From Candidatus Iainarchaeum sp. (GTDB lineage: Archaea > Iainarchaeota > Iainarchaeia > Iainarchaeales > JAAZKV01): a DNA stretch of 64,000 bases. How positions within the stretch are numbered: the first letter of the stretch is position 1; every line of letters starts with the position of its first letter. The notes beneath the pieces were generated by a model. It made no database searches and had not been told where the DNA came from. It saw only the letters and a program-made list of their open reading frames with translations. Location: the NCBI GenBank assembly GCA_026397015.1, contig JAPLVR010000003.1:224001-288000 (forward strand). The letters are read 5' to 3'. Position numbers and translations under genes: made by a program. This document shows, one piece after another, positions 19,457 through 30,667 of this stretch.

Positions 19457-21649
19457 GTGGGAAGACAGGAAGACATGGCTTTGCTTGTTGAGAAGCTGAT
19501 GAGCTCGAGGGAAAATATCAGGAACATCGGCACTGTCGCACACATCGACCACGGAAAAACAACGCTAAGTGACACGCTAATTGCTGCTGCAGGGCTAATT
19601 AACCCTGAACTTTCGGGAAAAGTCCAGCTGATGGATTACGAGGACCAGGAGCAGGACAGGGGAATAACTATAAATGCGGCGAACATTTCAATGGCTTTTG
19701 ATTATGATGGAAAGAAAAATCTGGTTAATTTGATTGACACACCAGGGCACGTGGATTTTACAGGAGAAGTTATAAGGGCGATGAGGGCGGTTGACGGTGT
19801 AATACTTGTGGTGGATGCAGTCGAGGGAGTGATGCCGCAGACGGAAACTGTGATAAGGCAGGCGCTGAGGGAATATGTGAAGCCGGTGCTGTTCATCAAC
19901 AAAGTGGACAGGATAATAAAAGAATTGAACGCGACGCAGGAACAGATGCAGGAAAAATTTGTAAAAGTAATTGCACAGGTAAACATGCTGATTGAGAGGA
20001 ACGCACCTGCGCAATTTAAAGAAAAATGGAAAGTTAGGATAGAGGACGGCTCTGTTTCCTTCGGTTCGGCTAAGAGAAAGTGGGGGGTTTCGGTTCCTTA
20101 CATAAAAAAGACCGGAATAACGTTGAAGGATACTTATAATTATTTGAGGGAGGACAAGCAGGATGAGCTTGCAAAAAAGAGCCCTGTGAGCGAAGTGGTT
20201 CTGCAAATGGTTGTGGACCACCTTCCGAGCCCAATAGAAGCGCAGAAATACAGGATACAAAAAATATGGGGAGGCGATAGGGAAACAGAAGTTGGTAAGG
20301 CAATGGAATCATGCGACCCGAACGGACCGCTTTCAATGGTTATTACTGATGTGAGCGTTGACCCTCACGCGGGGGATGTTGCAACCGGAAGGATTTATTC
20401 AGGAACAATAAAAAACGGGGGCTTGGTTGTGCTGACGGGCTCGAAGAAGGAAATAAAGATACAAAAAGTCGGAATCTTCATGAGCAACGATTTTTTGACA
20501 ATCTCGAAGGCGCAAGCGGGAAACATTGCGGCGCTCGTCGGAATAAAGGATATTTATGCTGGCGAAACGGTTTCAACCCATGAAATGAAGCCCTTTGAAA
20601 GTTTCATGAGCAGGGTTGAACCGGTAATGACGATCGCAATTGAAGCAAAAAATCCGAAGGACCTTCCGAAACTTATCGAAGTGCTGAGAAAACTGGCGAA
20701 AGAGGATCCCAACCTAAGAGCGACAATAAACCAGGAAACGGGCGAGCATCTTCTTTCAGGAATGGGAGAGCTTCACCTGGAAGTAAATGTTTACAGGATT
20801 ACGACTACGAACAAAGTTCCTGTTCAGACGTCTGCGCCGATTGTGGTTTATCACGAAGCGATTAATGGAACGAGCCAGACTCTTGAAACAAAGAGCCCGA
20901 ACAAGCACAACAAATTCAAGATGAGGGCGCTTCCGCTGGACAAAAAAATTTTTGACAATTTAATCGAAGCAAAAATCGAGGGAAAATTAAAATTGAAGCA
21001 CGCGGAAACGATTGCAAAACTGCAGGCGGCCGGCTTTGATACGGACACTTCGAAAAAGGTTTGGGCGATTAGTAACGGCTCTGTTTTGATTGATAGGTCA
21101 AGAGGGGTACAGGCGCTGCACGAAATAAGGGAACTTGTAATTGAAGGGTTCATGGACGCGATGGCGGAAGGGCCGCTGGCGAAAGAAAAGTGCCAGGGGG
21201 CAGTAATAGAACTCGAAGATGCAATACTTCACGAGGACTCAATTCACAGGGGACCGGCACAAGTATTGCCTGCAATTACACGCGGAATATTTGCAACAAT
21301 GCTGCAAGCTGGCGCGGTTCTCTTTGAACCGAAACAAATACTTTCAATTATGGTCCCTGAAAATTACATGGGCGCGGCTTCGCGAGAACTGGGGTCGAGA
21401 AGGGTGCAAATAACAGAAATGAGGACGGAAGGGGATTCGAGCGTTATTATTGGAAAGGCACCTGTGAAGGAATTGATTGGGTTCAGCAGCACAATGAGAA
21501 GCGCGACACAAGGAAGGGCCGTTTGGACGGCGGAGTATTACGGCTATGAAATGCTGCCGAAGGAATTGCAAGCAAGCACAATAAAAGAAATAAGAAAGAG
21601 AAAGGGAATGGACGAGGAAGTAAAGAGCTGGCAGTTCTTCGTCGACTAA
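19457..21649 (+). CDS. fusA: Elongation factor aEF-2
   Basis: AHIDHGKTT, RGITI, DTPGH, NKVD, diphthamide loop HEDSIHRGPAQ. GTG start after GGTGG. Confidence 0.97.
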   Translation: MGRQEDMALLVEKLMSSRENIRNIGTVAHIDHGKTTLSDTLIAAAGLINPELSGKVQLMDYEDQEQDRGITINAANISMAFDYDGKKNLVNLIDTPGHVDFTGEVIRAMRAVDGVILVVDAVEGVMPQTETVIRQALREYVKPVLFINKVDRIIKELNATQEQMQEKFVKVIAQVNMLIERNAPAQFKEKWKVRIEDGSVSFGSAKRKWGVSVPYIKKTGITLKDTYNYLREDKQDELAKKSPVSEVVLQMVVDHLPSPIEAQKYRIQKIWGGDRETEVGKAMESCDPNGPLSMVITDVSVDPHAGDVATGRIYSGTIKNGGLVVLTGSKKEIKIQKVGIFMSNDFLTISKAQAGNIAALVGIKDIYAGETVSTHEMKPFESFMSRVEPVMTIAIEAKNPKDLPKLIEVLRKLAKEDPNLRATINQETGEHLLSGMGELHLEVNVYRITTTNKVPVQTSAPIVVYHEAINGTSQTLETKSPNKHNKFKMRALPLDKKIFDNLIEAKIEGKLKLKHAETIAKLQAAGFDTDTSKKVWAISNGSVLIDRSRGVQALHEIRELVIEGFMDAMAEGPLAKEKCQGAVIELEDAILHEDSIHRGPAQVLPAITRGIFATMLQAGAVLFEPKQILSIMVPENYMGAASRELGSRRVQITEMRTEGDSSVIIGKAPVKELIGFSSTMRSATQGRAVWTAEYYGYEMLPKELQASTIKEIRKRKGMDEEVKSWQFFVD

Positions 21650-21678
21650 TTAAATCGAGTAGTAAAACATGGTTGAAA

Positions 21679-21825
21679 TTGCGAAGCGTGACAAAACAGT
21701 TGTTTTGCCACGGTCTTTTTTTCGAAAAAAGGGCACTCCTGCGAAGCAGACAGTTTTTCGCCAGCCTTTTTCGTAAAAAGGCTGATGTGAAGCATTTTTT
21801 CGCCGGCCTTTTGCTAAAAGGCCGG
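21679..21825 (+). repeat. Composite cluster of REP-like palindromes (BIME-like)
   Basis: GCGAAGC mini-hairpins (21681, 21741); hairpins GTGACAAAAC/GTTTTGCCAC and GTCTTTTTT/AAAAAAGGGC; TTTTTCGCCAGCCTTTTTCGTAAAAAGGCTG (21754-21784); TTTTTTCGCCGGCCTTTTGCTAAAAGGCCGG (21795-21825). Confidence 0.85.
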
Positions 21826-21937
21826 GGGCAAGTATTTAAAAGGTTTCTTTAAAGGAATAGTAATATAGTTTTGCTGCGCAACTGGTGGGCGCGGCCGCAA
21901 CGATAAAATTTGGAATTTTTATTCGGAGGAATGTAAG

Positions 21938-23206
21938 ATGGCTGAAAAAAGTCTGATGAACATAGTTTTTATTGGTCACGTGGACCATGGTAAATCCACT
22001 TTAATCGGAAGATTGCTTTATGACGGTGGAGCTCTTTCAGAACAGGAATACAGAAAATTGGAAGCGGAAGCGAAGGAAAGGGGAAAGGGAACATTCGCCT
22101 TTGCATACGCAATGGACAAACTGAAAGAAGAAAGAGAAAGGGGAGTAACAATTGACGTTTCATACAGGAAGTTCGAGGCGAAGAAAAACACTTTCACAAT
22201 AATTGACGCGCCCGGACACAGGGACTTCGTAAAGAACATGATAACGGGAACTTCACAGGCGGATGCTGCAGTATTGGTAGTCGCCGCAAAAGAAGGCGTT
22301 CAGCCGCAGACAAAGGAGCACGCGTTCCTCGCCCAGGTAATGGGGATAAAACAATTAGTCGTTGTAATAAACAAAATGGACGAAGTGAATTATGAAGAGG
22401 CAAAATTCAACACTGTAAGCGCCGAAGTGGTAAAATTGCTGACAGGCGTTGGATACAAAGCTGATAACCTGAAAGTTGTTCCGGTTTCGGCTTGGAAAGG
22501 AGACAATGTAGTAAAAGCTACTAATAATCTAAAATGGTTCAAGGGAAAAACACTTTTGGATACGCTTGATGATTTGAAGGCGCCTCCATCACCGACAGAC
22601 AAACCGTTGAGGCTGCCGATACAGGACGTTTACAATATAAAAGGAATTGGAGCGATTCCTGTTGGAAGAATTGAAACCGGAATAATGAAGCCCGGCGACC
22701 AAATAATAGTAATGCCTTCGAAGAAAACCGGGGAAGTGAAAACAATCGAAGAGCATCACGAACAGCTGAGCCAGGGAGGTCCGGGAAACAACGTCGGTTT
22801 CAGCGTAAGAGGATTGAGCAAGGATGACTTGAACAGGGGAGATGTTGTTGGGCCGGTAAGCAAACCGCCGACGGTTGCAAAATCGTTCATCGGGCAGATA
22901 GTTGTGTTGAATCACCCTACTGCAATACCTGTGAATTACACGCCAGTGTTCCATGTCCATACTGCACAGATGTCAATGAGACTTGCTGAACTGCAGAAGA
23001 AACTGGACCCTAAAACGGGCGCTGTTGTGGAACTGAATCCAAAGTTCCTGAAAACCGGCGATGCGGCAATCGTAAAGATTGTTCCGTCAAAGCCGCTCTG
23101 TATTGAAAAATACTCTGAGTTCCCTCAATTGGGAAGGTTCGCAATCAGGGATATGGGTCAAACTGTTGCGGCGGGAATCGTTCTTGACATTGAAAAGGCG
23201 GAATAA
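21938..23206 (+). CDS. tuf: Elongation factor aEF-1A
   Basis: [43 protein letters not shown]; GGAGG SD; TATTTAAA promoter-like motif at 21833. Confidence 0.98.
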   Translation: MAEKSLMNIVFIGHVDHGKSTLIGRLLYDGGALSEQEYRKLEAEAKERGKGTFAFAYAMDKLKEERERGVTIDVSYRKFEAKKNTFTIIDAPGHRDFVKNMITGTSQADAAVLVVAAKEGVQPQTKEHAFLAQVMGIKQLVVVINKMDEVNYEEAKFNTVSAEVVKLLTGVGYKADNLKVVPVSAWKGDNVVKATNNLKWFKGKTLLDTLDDLKAPPSPTDKPLRLPIQDVYNIKGIGAIPVGRIETGIMKPGDQIIVMPSKKTGEVKTIEEHHEQLSQGGPGNNVGFSVRGLSKDDLNRGDVVGPVSKPPTVAKSFIGQIVVLNHPTAIPVNYTPVFHVHTAQMSMRLAELQKKLDPKTGAVVELNPKFLKTGDAAIVKIVPSKPLCIEKYSEFPQLGRFAIRDMGQTVAAGIVLDIEKAE

Positions 23207-23293
23207 TCCCGTAGGGATTTTCGCAGGCCTTTGAAAAAGCTGGCAAAAGTTTTTCGCGAAAGTTTTTCGCCAGCCTTTTTCGCAAAAAGGCTG
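23205..23293 (+). repeat. REP-like palindrome cluster
   Basis: AATCCC/GGGATT hairpin, a degenerate copy at 23218-23249, and TTTTTCGCCAGCCTTTTTCGCAAAAAGGCTG at 23263-23293. Confidence 0.85.
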
Positions 23294-23360
23294 TGGGGGA
23301 GAGAGTTTTTTCTTTCTTCCAGCCATTGTTTTTATTTCAAATGGAAAGTAGGCGACAAAG

Positions 23361-23666
23361 ATGCAGACAGCACGAATAAAGCTTTCGAGCACTAATTACG
23401 GAACGCTGGAAGAAATTTGCAACAAAATAATAGATGTCGCCGAAAGAACCGGGGCAAAACACTCCGGAAAAATTCCTTTGCCGACAAAAAAATTAATTGT
23501 TCCCACTAGAAAGGGGCCTTCCGGCGGAGGAACTGAAAGTTATGAACACTGGCAGATGAGGATACACAAAAGGATGATTGACATACAAGCGGATGAAAGA
23601 ACTTTGAAAAGAGTAATGAGAGTTGAGATACCTGAAGATGTCCATCTTGAAATTGAATTGAAATAA
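23361..23666 (+). CDS. rps10: Ribosomal protein uS10
   Basis: ARIKLSST, GKIPLPTKKL.VPTRK.P.G.G, MRIHKR.IDI. Confidence 0.97.
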   Translation: MQTARIKLSSTNYGTLEEICNKIIDVAERTGAKHSGKIPLPTKKLIVPTRKGPSGGGTESYEHWQMRIHKRMIDIQADERTLKRVMRVEIPEDVHLEIELK

Positions 23667-23703
23667 GCTTTCTTTTTTTAATTGATTCGTGCCTAATTCG
23701 TCT

Positions 23704-24126
23704 ATGTTCGAGCTGTTTGAGCACAAGGCGGATATCGGTGTGCGCGGAATCGGCGAAACGAAAGAAGGGGCTTTTGCCGAATGCGCAAAAGCGCTTTTTG
23801 AAATAATGTGCGACACGAAAAAAGTAATTCCCTCGCAAAAAACCGAAATAATTGTTTCTTCAAACAAATTGGACGAACTACTTGTAGAATTTCTTAACGA
23901 ATTGCTGTATTTGAAAGACACCGAAAGAATGCTTTTCTCAAAATTCGAAATAAAAATAAAAAAAGTCGGAAAAAAATTCGGGCTGGAGGGAATCGCGTTC
24001 GGGGAAAAAATTGACGCAAAAAGGCACGAATTGAAAACGGAGGCGAAGGCGGCGAGCTACTCGCAACTGCTTGTTGAAAAAAACAAAAATGGAAAATGGA
24101 CGGCGCAGTGCATTGTTGATGTTTAA
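23704..24126 (+). CDS. Archease
   Basis: FEHKADIG, EAKAASY, C-terminal IVDV; directly upstream of rtcB. Confidence 0.93.
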   Translation: MFELFEHKADIGVRGIGETKEGAFAECAKALFEIMCDTKKVIPSQKTEIIVSSNKLDELLVEFLNELLYLKDTERMLFSKFEIKIKKVGKKFGLEGIAFGEKIDAKRHELKTEAKAASYSQLLVEKNKNGKWTAQCIVDV

Positions 24127-24151
24127 AAAAATGGTTGAAAAAGTGAAAAAA

Positions 24152-25603
24152 ATGGGTGAAATAAAAAAAATCAGCGAATTCATTTACGAAGTTCCGAAGG
24201 AGGGAAATATGCGTGTTCCTGGCAGAATTTACGGAAATGAAAACACCATCGCCGCGCTCAACGATGAATTCCAAAAAAACCCGAACTGGAATTCATTACA
24301 GCAAATGGAAAACGGTGCGGGGTTACCCGGAATTCAAAAATATTTATTTGCCTTGGCCGATGTGCACTGTGGGTACGGACTGCCGATTGGTTCGGTTTTT
24401 GCAGCAGATCCAAATGAGGGGGTAATCACCTTTGGCGGTATCGGTTTTGACATCAACTGCGGCGTGCATTCGCTGATTGTTCCTCTTAAAGCAAGCGAGG
24501 TGGAGAAAAAAAAGAAAGAAATCGCGGAGCAACTGTTCAGGGATGTTCCTGCGGGGCTCGGGAGCAAGGGAAACTTGGAATTGGGGAGCGGGGAGTTGGA
24601 TGAAGTGATGGAGAAGGGCGCCGAGTTTGTGGTGGAAAGAGGGTGCGGGAGAAGGGAGGAATTAAAATTCATTGAAGAAAACGGGTGCGTGAATGGCGCG
24701 GATCCGAAAAATGTTTCGGAGAAGGCGAAGCAAAGGGCGCTGAGGCAAATCGGAACGCTGGGCTCGGGAAACCATTACTGCGAAATCCAGGAAATTGAAA
24801 AAATATTTGATGAAGAGGCGGCAGAAGCGTTTGGGCTTGAAAAGGAAGGAGTTTTAGTTAGCATCCACTGCGGCTCGCGCGCTCTCGGACACCAAATCGG
24901 AACTGATTACCTTTCAATTTTGGCAGAGGCTTCGAGGAAATACAAAATAAATATTCCCGACAGGGAGCTGGTTTGCGCGCCGATTGAAAGCGAAGAAGGG
25001 CAGGATTTTTTTTCGGCTGTAAAATGCGGAATGAACGCCGCGTTTGCGAACAGGCAGGCGATTGCTTCGCTGGTTCGCAGAAGCTTTGCAAAAGTTTTCG
25101 GAATTTCTGAGGCGGAAGTAAAAACTCTCTATGATGTGGGGCACAATACCGCGAAAATGGAGAGGCACAAGGTGAATGGGAAAATGAAGGAGCTGTTAGT
25201 GCAAAGGAAGGGGTCGACGAGAGGATTCGGGCCGGATAGGGGAGAAGTTCCTTCGAAGTATAGGAAAGTCGGGCAGCCGGTTATTGTGGGCGGAACGATG
25301 GGAACGCATTCATTTATTTTGAAAGGAACGGAAAAAGCGATGGAGGAAACTTTCGGAAGCACGATTCATGGCGCGGGGAGGGCAATGTCAAGGACGCGGG
25401 CTTTAAAAATGTGGACTGGGTCGCAGATGGTTCAGGAGCTGGAAAAAAAAGGAATCCTGATAAAGGCAAAATCGCTGAAGGGGCTGCCGGAGGAGGCGCC
25501 GCTCGCGTATAAGGACGTGGAAGAGGTTGTGAACATAATGCACAAGGCGGGAATTTCAACAAAGGTTGCGATGGTTAAGCCGATGGTTTGCGTGAAGGGG
25601 TAG
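24152..25603 (+). CDS. rtcB: RNA-splicing ligase RtcB
   Basis: DVHCGYGLPIG, GFDINCG, GSGNHY, HCGSR, HN, HGAGR, EEAP.AYK. Start may be 24131 or 24152. Confidence 0.96.
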   Translation: MGEIKKISEFIYEVPKEGNMRVPGRIYGNENTIAALNDEFQKNPNWNSLQQMENGAGLPGIQKYLFALADVHCGYGLPIGSVFAADPNEGVITFGGIGFDINCGVHSLIVPLKASEVEKKKKEIAEQLFRDVPAGLGSKGNLELGSGELDEVMEKGAEFVVERGCGRREELKFIEENGCVNGADPKNVSEKAKQRALRQIGTLGSGNHYCEIQEIEKIFDEEAAEAFGLEKEGVLVSIHCGSRALGHQIGTDYLSILAEASRKYKINIPDRELVCAPIESEEGQDFFSAVKCGMNAAFANRQAIASLVRRSFAKVFGISEAEVKTLYDVGHNTAKMERHKVNGKMKELLVQRKGSTRGFGPDRGEVPSKYRKVGQPVIVGGTMGTHSFILKGTEKAMEETFGSTIHGAGRAMSRTRALKMWTGSQMVQELEKKGILIKAKSLKGLPEEAPLAYKDVEEVVNIMHKAGISTKVAMVKPMVCVKG

Positions 25604-25740
25604 AGAAATATGGACAAAAAGAGCATTGAAGAGTTTGCGCCTAAATTGATGGAAAATAATAATTTTGAGTGCAACTTAATTTTAGATGAAAGGCGAAGAA
25701 AAAAGGAACTAATATATACCTGTTCACGCCTTTATTAACT

Positions 25741-28380
25741 GTGAAAAAAGCCCTTTTAATAATCGCTGTAAGCGCCATTCTGCTCTTGTTTGGGTGCATA
25801 ATAGAAGGCCCCATGATGGAAGACATCGCAAAGAGTTCAGGAACAATTAACAGCTTTCTTGCAGAATACCCCGATGCGGAAGTAACCATCCAATTATTGA
25901 AAAAAGATGTTGTGGCAGCCGATCCAGATTTTATCGGATACTGCTCACAAGTCGAACCAAACGAATATTACAAAGTAACATTCACAGACAAAGCCTCCGG
26001 CTTGAAGGCTTTTGCATTCGTTGACAAAGACATAGGGGTAGTGTGCGCCCACAAAGAAGGCACGGAGAAAAAATGCGACAAAACAAAGGGCGCGGAATGT
26101 GAAACTGATTACGATTGCAGGGTTGGCTGCAAAAAAGAACCCTGCCCGCAACCGACATGCAACAAAGAAACCTGCAAATGCGAACCAGAGAAAAAGGAAG
26201 ACAAATGCAGTTGGATGCCACCACAACCAGGAGAAACAACCTGTGCCATGGTAATCGGGCCAGGATATTATTATGACTCGACAAATGTTGCTCAAACAAC
26301 GAGCTGTAAATATTTCTCAGGGGGCAGCGGATGCAGCGGCCCTCCGTTTAAAACAATTGAGGAATGCCAAGCGACCTGCGAAAATGAGCGCCACAAATGC
26401 AAAACGGATGCAGATTGTATGGTATTATACGAAGTGTTGGAAAAATGGGGCTGCAATGCAGGATGCTACAATAGAAACACTGTTTCTGGCGACAAAAAAT
26501 GCAAAAACATAAAATGGGAACTTATTCCTCCAGAAAACTGCAAATGCATAAATAACCAATGCAGGCTTGCCACTGAAAAATGTGGAATAACGAATTGCCA
26601 TGGATTGGATGTCACCTGCGGTTTTGTGACGAAACCACAAGCGTGCACTGCAGTTTACGAACTTGGGGACAGGTGCAGGAAATACGCTTCCTGTGGCACG
26701 ATTAACGGAGAATGCCTGCACAAATTGGAAAAAAAATTCGAACAATGCAAATCCTGCGTCGAAAAATGCAAGGATGAATTTGGAAACGACCCTGGGAACT
26801 ACATTAACCTCTTTAAATGCGAAGCAAAATGCGAGCCTGTTGCGGAACCCATTTGTGGCGACGGAAAGTGCGAGGCGAGCGAACAGAATCCACTAACTTG
26901 TGTGACTGTCGGCGGCAGGTGCGCGGGAAGCACGGGAATTGCCGAAACAATACCTTCTGTTAGCGCAATTTCGACAATAGATTCGAATAGCATAGACTCA
27001 AATATTGTGGATTCGAATAGCATGGAAGGCAGCACGGGAACCGGCAGCGCGGTAGTGGGCACAGGGGTGGCGGTGGATAGATGTGAAATAATAGAGGATT
27101 GCAGGCCGAATCCAAATTATTGCCCGGCAGACTGCAAAGAACCGATAAAAGAAACGGTTAAATGTGTATTTAGCGGCGCGAATGCTGCCCAAATTTGTTA
27201 TTCCATAAAAGGAAGCTGCACTGCCACGCCTATAACAACAGGCAGTACAAACGGCATGACAACAACAATCAGCACGAGTGCTGCAACGTGCACAGTGGAT
27301 GTGGAAGGGTATAAAGGGGAAAAAGTAACTTGGAAAAGCACCTGTGGGGGATACGCTTATACAACAATGGAGGGAATAAACGATTACGCAAAATTCCAGT
27401 GCCAAAAAGAATGTGAAACGGATAATGACTGTTACATATGCGGAGGCGACGGAGGTTCCAGCGGCACATCCTGCATAAACGGAATATGCAAGTGTGGTGA
27501 AAATACAGATCAAGGCCCTGTCACATGCACCTCGTGGGGAAAAACATGCGACAAACGGTGCGGCGCATCATGTGAAATTGATGCAGACTGCCCGCAAATA
27601 ACAAACTATCCGGAATGCGCCCTTGACGGCGCCTGCCTAAGAAATGTGTGCAATAAAGAAACTTGCAAATGCGAAACCCAAAAAAATACATGCTTGTCGA
27701 ACGCCGACTGCAAAAAAAATGAATTCTGTAACCGCGAAGGCTGCGTAGAAAAAGGAATTTGCACGGAACTTGGCAATGCCTGCATAACGCTCTATGACCC
27801 TGTTTGCGGGTGCGACGGAAAAACTTACTCAAACAGCTGCTTCGCAAATATGGCAAAAGTCTCAGTGGCATACAATGGGGAATGCGGGGCATGCGCGAAA
27901 GAAGGAGAACATACTTGCCCTAGTTGTACTGGAGGCTGGCACACGAAATGCTGCAGTGGATTGACAGAGATCGCACCTTCAGAATCATTTAATGAGACAT
28001 GCAACAACTTACAAGTATTAGGCCCGGGACCAGTCTGTACTAAATGTGGGAATGGAATCTGCGGAACAGGGGAAAACATTTGCAACTGCCCACAGGACTG
28101 CAAGGAACCCGTAAAAGAGACTGTTAAGTGTGTGTTCAGCAATGCCGGCGAAACACAGAAATGCTATGATGTCACAGGGACATATGGCTGTACAGCCAGC
28201 GCAACTCCTCCAATTGGCACTACGACTTCGTCGGCGACCGGCGCAACTGCTACATGTACGGTAGATGTGAAAGGAACCAAAGGGACAACAATAACCTGGA
28301 AAAGCACATGCGGAGAGTACGCATACACAATAATAGACGGGGAAAGCGAGTACGCTAATTTTGAATGCCAAGCAGAATAG
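25741..28380 (+). CDS. Large Cys-rich surface lipoprotein with Kazal-like and Kunitz-like modules and repeated disulfide domains
   Basis: LLFGC lipobox; Kazal CITLYDPVCGCDGKTYSNSC; Kunitz-like YYYD...CKYF..SGC...PFKTIEECQATC; CGDG.C / CGNG.C repeats; two WKSTCG domains. Confidence 0.85.
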   Translation: MKKALLIIAVSAILLLFGCIIEGPMMEDIAKSSGTINSFLAEYPDAEVTIQLLKKDVVAADPDFIGYCSQVEPNEYYKVTFTDKASGLKAFAFVDKDIGVVCAHKEGTEKKCDKTKGAECETDYDCRVGCKKEPCPQPTCNKETCKCEPEKKEDKCSWMPPQPGETTCAMVIGPGYYYDSTNVAQTTSCKYFSGGSGCSGPPFKTIEECQATCENERHKCKTDADCMVLYEVLEKWGCNAGCYNRNTVSGDKKCKNIKWELIPPENCKCINNQCRLATEKCGITNCHGLDVTCGFVTKPQACTAVYELGDRCRKYASCGTINGECLHKLEKKFEQCKSCVEKCKDEFGNDPGNYINLFKCEAKCEPVAEPICGDGKCEASEQNPLTCVTVGGRCAGSTGIAETIPSVSAISTIDSNSIDSNIVDSNSMEGSTGTGSAVVGTGVAVDRCEIIEDCRPNPNYCPADCKEPIKETVKCVFSGANAAQICYSIKGSCTATPITTGSTNGMTTTISTSAATCTVDVEGYKGEKVTWKSTCGGYAYTTMEGINDYAKFQCQKECETDNDCYICGGDGGSSGTSCINGICKCGENTDQGPVTCTSWGKTCDKRCGASCEIDADCPQITNYPECALDGACLRNVCNKETCKCETQKNTCLSNADCKKNEFCNREGCVEKGICTELGNACITLYDPVCGCDGKTYSNSCFANMAKVSVAYNGECGACAKEGEHTCPSCTGGWHTKCCSGLTEIAPSESFNETCNNLQVLGPGPVCTKCGNGICGTGENICNCPQDCKEPVKETVKCVFSNAGETQKCYDVTGTYGCTASATPPIGTTTSSATGATATCTVDVKGTKGTTITWKSTCGEYAYTIIDGESEYANFECQAE

Positions 28381-28721
28381 CAGATGTGTGGAATACGCGG
28401 TACACAACAATAAAAAGGAGAGACAAAAATTCAATGACGTAAGCGAACTAACTGCCAAACTCATAATTTCGATTCCGTCGACTGCTTATTTCACTTATTA
28501 CTATTCTTTGCATCCAATAATGGGGGCAATGGCTAGAACGCTGGCTGGACTTACGCCACCACAATTTACCTTGACCTAAAAAAAAAGGCAAATAGCACGA
28601 AACGGCTGAAAACCGCTTAAAATGCAGTTGAAAGCCACCTGCTTAAACTAACTTCTTCCCGTTAATAAGCGAAAGGTATTTATACTTGTTTGTAAGGGAT
28701 TACATTAGTGGGTTGAGGAAA

Positions 28722-30500
28722 ATGAAAAACAAAATCTTGCTTACAGCATGCTTTTTGATTGCAATAATAATTTTGGCGGGCGGAGTCATGGCTTGTTCGA
28801 TAGGAATAAGCAACTCTATGACGCAGCTCAGAAGCAATACCGACGGTTACGCGGAAGAAATCAGGGCTGAAAATAATTCGCCAATAGACATAAAAACTTC
28901 ATTTACGGTAGACAGTGTTTCCGGAAGCGACTGTTCAAACACAATTTATTCGAGGGCAAAAATTTACAGATACAATGACACGAACGGCGGATGGGATGAA
29001 ATAAAAACAACTACCTCACAAGGGAGAACTTTGAGCGCGGACGATTTTATTTTTACCTGGCCGGATGAATTTACAGCAAGTGAAACCTACCAAAAGTACA
29101 AAGTAGACGGGCAAATTCTTGACGGCAACACTGTTTTGGACACTACAAGCGGTTACGTTTACATAGGAGAAGGAGAATGCACCGGAATCGAACTTACAAC
29201 AAAAACGATTAATGTGGACGAAGGAAGCGACGCAACTGAAACTTTTAAAATAAAAAATACCACGGGAACGGATTTTAGAATAGAAAACGCGGACGTCACT
29301 TTTTCAAGCTCATTGATAAGTTCCGGACACGTATGGTTTGACAGCAGGACTGTTGAAAGCCATTCAACCGTGAACGTGGATGTCGAAGTCGAGGCAATCG
29401 AAGTTACAACTGACAGGAGCACGAGCGGAACATTCAAGGTTTCGGGATACCTCGGAAACACTTTTTGTTCATACACTTCGATAGGGCAGAAAAATTTTAG
29501 TGTAAATATAAAAAATCTGGAGGACGAGGGAGAGCCGAGCGCGGACTGCGCCGACTTGAGCCTGCACACCGCGGATTTTTCAATAAATGAGGGGGAAACT
29601 TTAATACAAAGCTTTTACCTTTCAAACGATTCGGAAAGAAAGTTTGAAATAACTGAGATAAGGCTTTCAAGCGAAGGCGTTGATTTGAGCGAATATTATT
29701 ACAAGCCGGCAATACCAAGCGGAGAAATCGGGGACATATTGATAAAGGCGGACGCGTCGACAAATGTGAATTATGACCAGACATACAGCAACACGATTGA
29801 AGTCGAAGGAAAATTCGGCGATGGAAAGAGATGTTCGTTTAACAGCATCGGCGGAAAGGGATTCAAGGTAACGATAAAAAATGTTTTTAGCGAACAGGCA
29901 AAGCCTGCTGTTCCATCACAAAGCTCCTATGCGGGATATGAAAATTATGCGCCGTCTTCGATTTATTTGACCGCGGAAGAGTGCAAAAATTTTTCAATTT
30001 TGGCAATAAACAATGTTTCAGTGAACGGGAGCGGAAATGTCCCTATAACAATAAAAAACGGCACCGGAAAAAGGGTTACAATAATCGTTGAAAGCAACGC
30101 GAAAACGGACCCTTCACAAATATCGGTTCCGGAATACACTTACATTACAAGGGAAATAAGCTTTGAAATGAACACAAGGGAAGGCGAAATAAAGCTGATT
30201 CCGCAGATGGACGGGTGCGCGATTGCCTCAACAACTATAAGCATACACAATAATTCGAATGTGATCGGAGGAACAAGCGGCGGAACAGGCACAGGCGGGA
30301 GCGGCAGTCTTCTTGGCTCGCTATTCTCCCTCGGAACCTCGGAATTTTTCGGAGCGCTGGCTTTGATAGGGCTGGTTGCCCTTGCCATCCTAATAATCGG
30401 GCAAGCAAGCCTTGGAACCGAGTACATATTAAGCGCTAATCTGACTGCGGAAGAGATTGAACAATTGAAAAGATGGAAAGCATACGGCGAAAACGCTTAA
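28722..30500 (+). CDS. Membrane-anchored surface protein with repeated beta-sandwich (Ig-like) domains
   Basis: Signal peptide; C..I/L.L....INV/I.EG....F.I.N repeats; Gly/Thr linker and C-terminal TM helix; GAAAGGTATTTATA promoter-like motif at ~28670. Confidence 0.8.
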   Translation: MKNKILLTACFLIAIIILAGGVMACSIGISNSMTQLRSNTDGYAEEIRAENNSPIDIKTSFTVDSVSGSDCSNTIYSRAKIYRYNDTNGGWDEIKTTTSQGRTLSADDFIFTWPDEFTASETYQKYKVDGQILDGNTVLDTTSGYVYIGEGECTGIELTTKTINVDEGSDATETFKIKNTTGTDFRIENADVTFSSSLISSGHVWFDSRTVESHSTVNVDVEVEAIEVTTDRSTSGTFKVSGYLGNTFCSYTSIGQKNFSVNIKNLEDEGEPSADCADLSLHTADFSINEGETLIQSFYLSNDSERKFEITEIRLSSEGVDLSEYYYKPAIPSGEIGDILIKADASTNVNYDQTYSNTIEVEGKFGDGKRCSFNSIGGKGFKVTIKNVFSEQAKPAVPSQSSYAGYENYAPSSIYLTAEECKNFSILAINNVSVNGSGNVPITIKNGTGKRVTIIVESNAKTDPSQISVPEYTYITREISFEMNTREGEIKLIPQMDGCAIASTTISIHNNSNVIGGTSGGTGTGGSGSLLGSLFSLGTSEFFGALALIGLVALAILIIGQASLGTEYILSANLTAEEIEQLKRWKAYGENA

Positions 30501-30667
30501 ATTGTTTCGCCATTTCAAAACCCCAAACTTTTTTTGCTAATTTTCAATATTTTCAGCGTTTTTCTTTTGCTGAAGATTACAATGGAAATCCAATAGGGTT
30601 TCTACATCGCCCCCAAAAAGCCAATCCTTTTAAACTTGAAAAACCCTATTTTTGACAAGGTTTTAGG

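Noticed and set aside
21679-23293. Palindromic repeats as a CRISPR array
   Set aside because: Copies are dispersed, variable and lack regular unique spacers; no cas genes in the window.
25610-25738. 42-codon ORF (MDKKSIEEFAPK...) after rtcB
   Set aside because: It runs through the promoter region of the next gene and has no recognisable similarity; it cannot be supported.
28361-28579. 72-aa ORF after the Cys-rich lipoprotein
   Set aside because: TTG start inside the upstream gene, no SD and no motif; at most a gene remnant.
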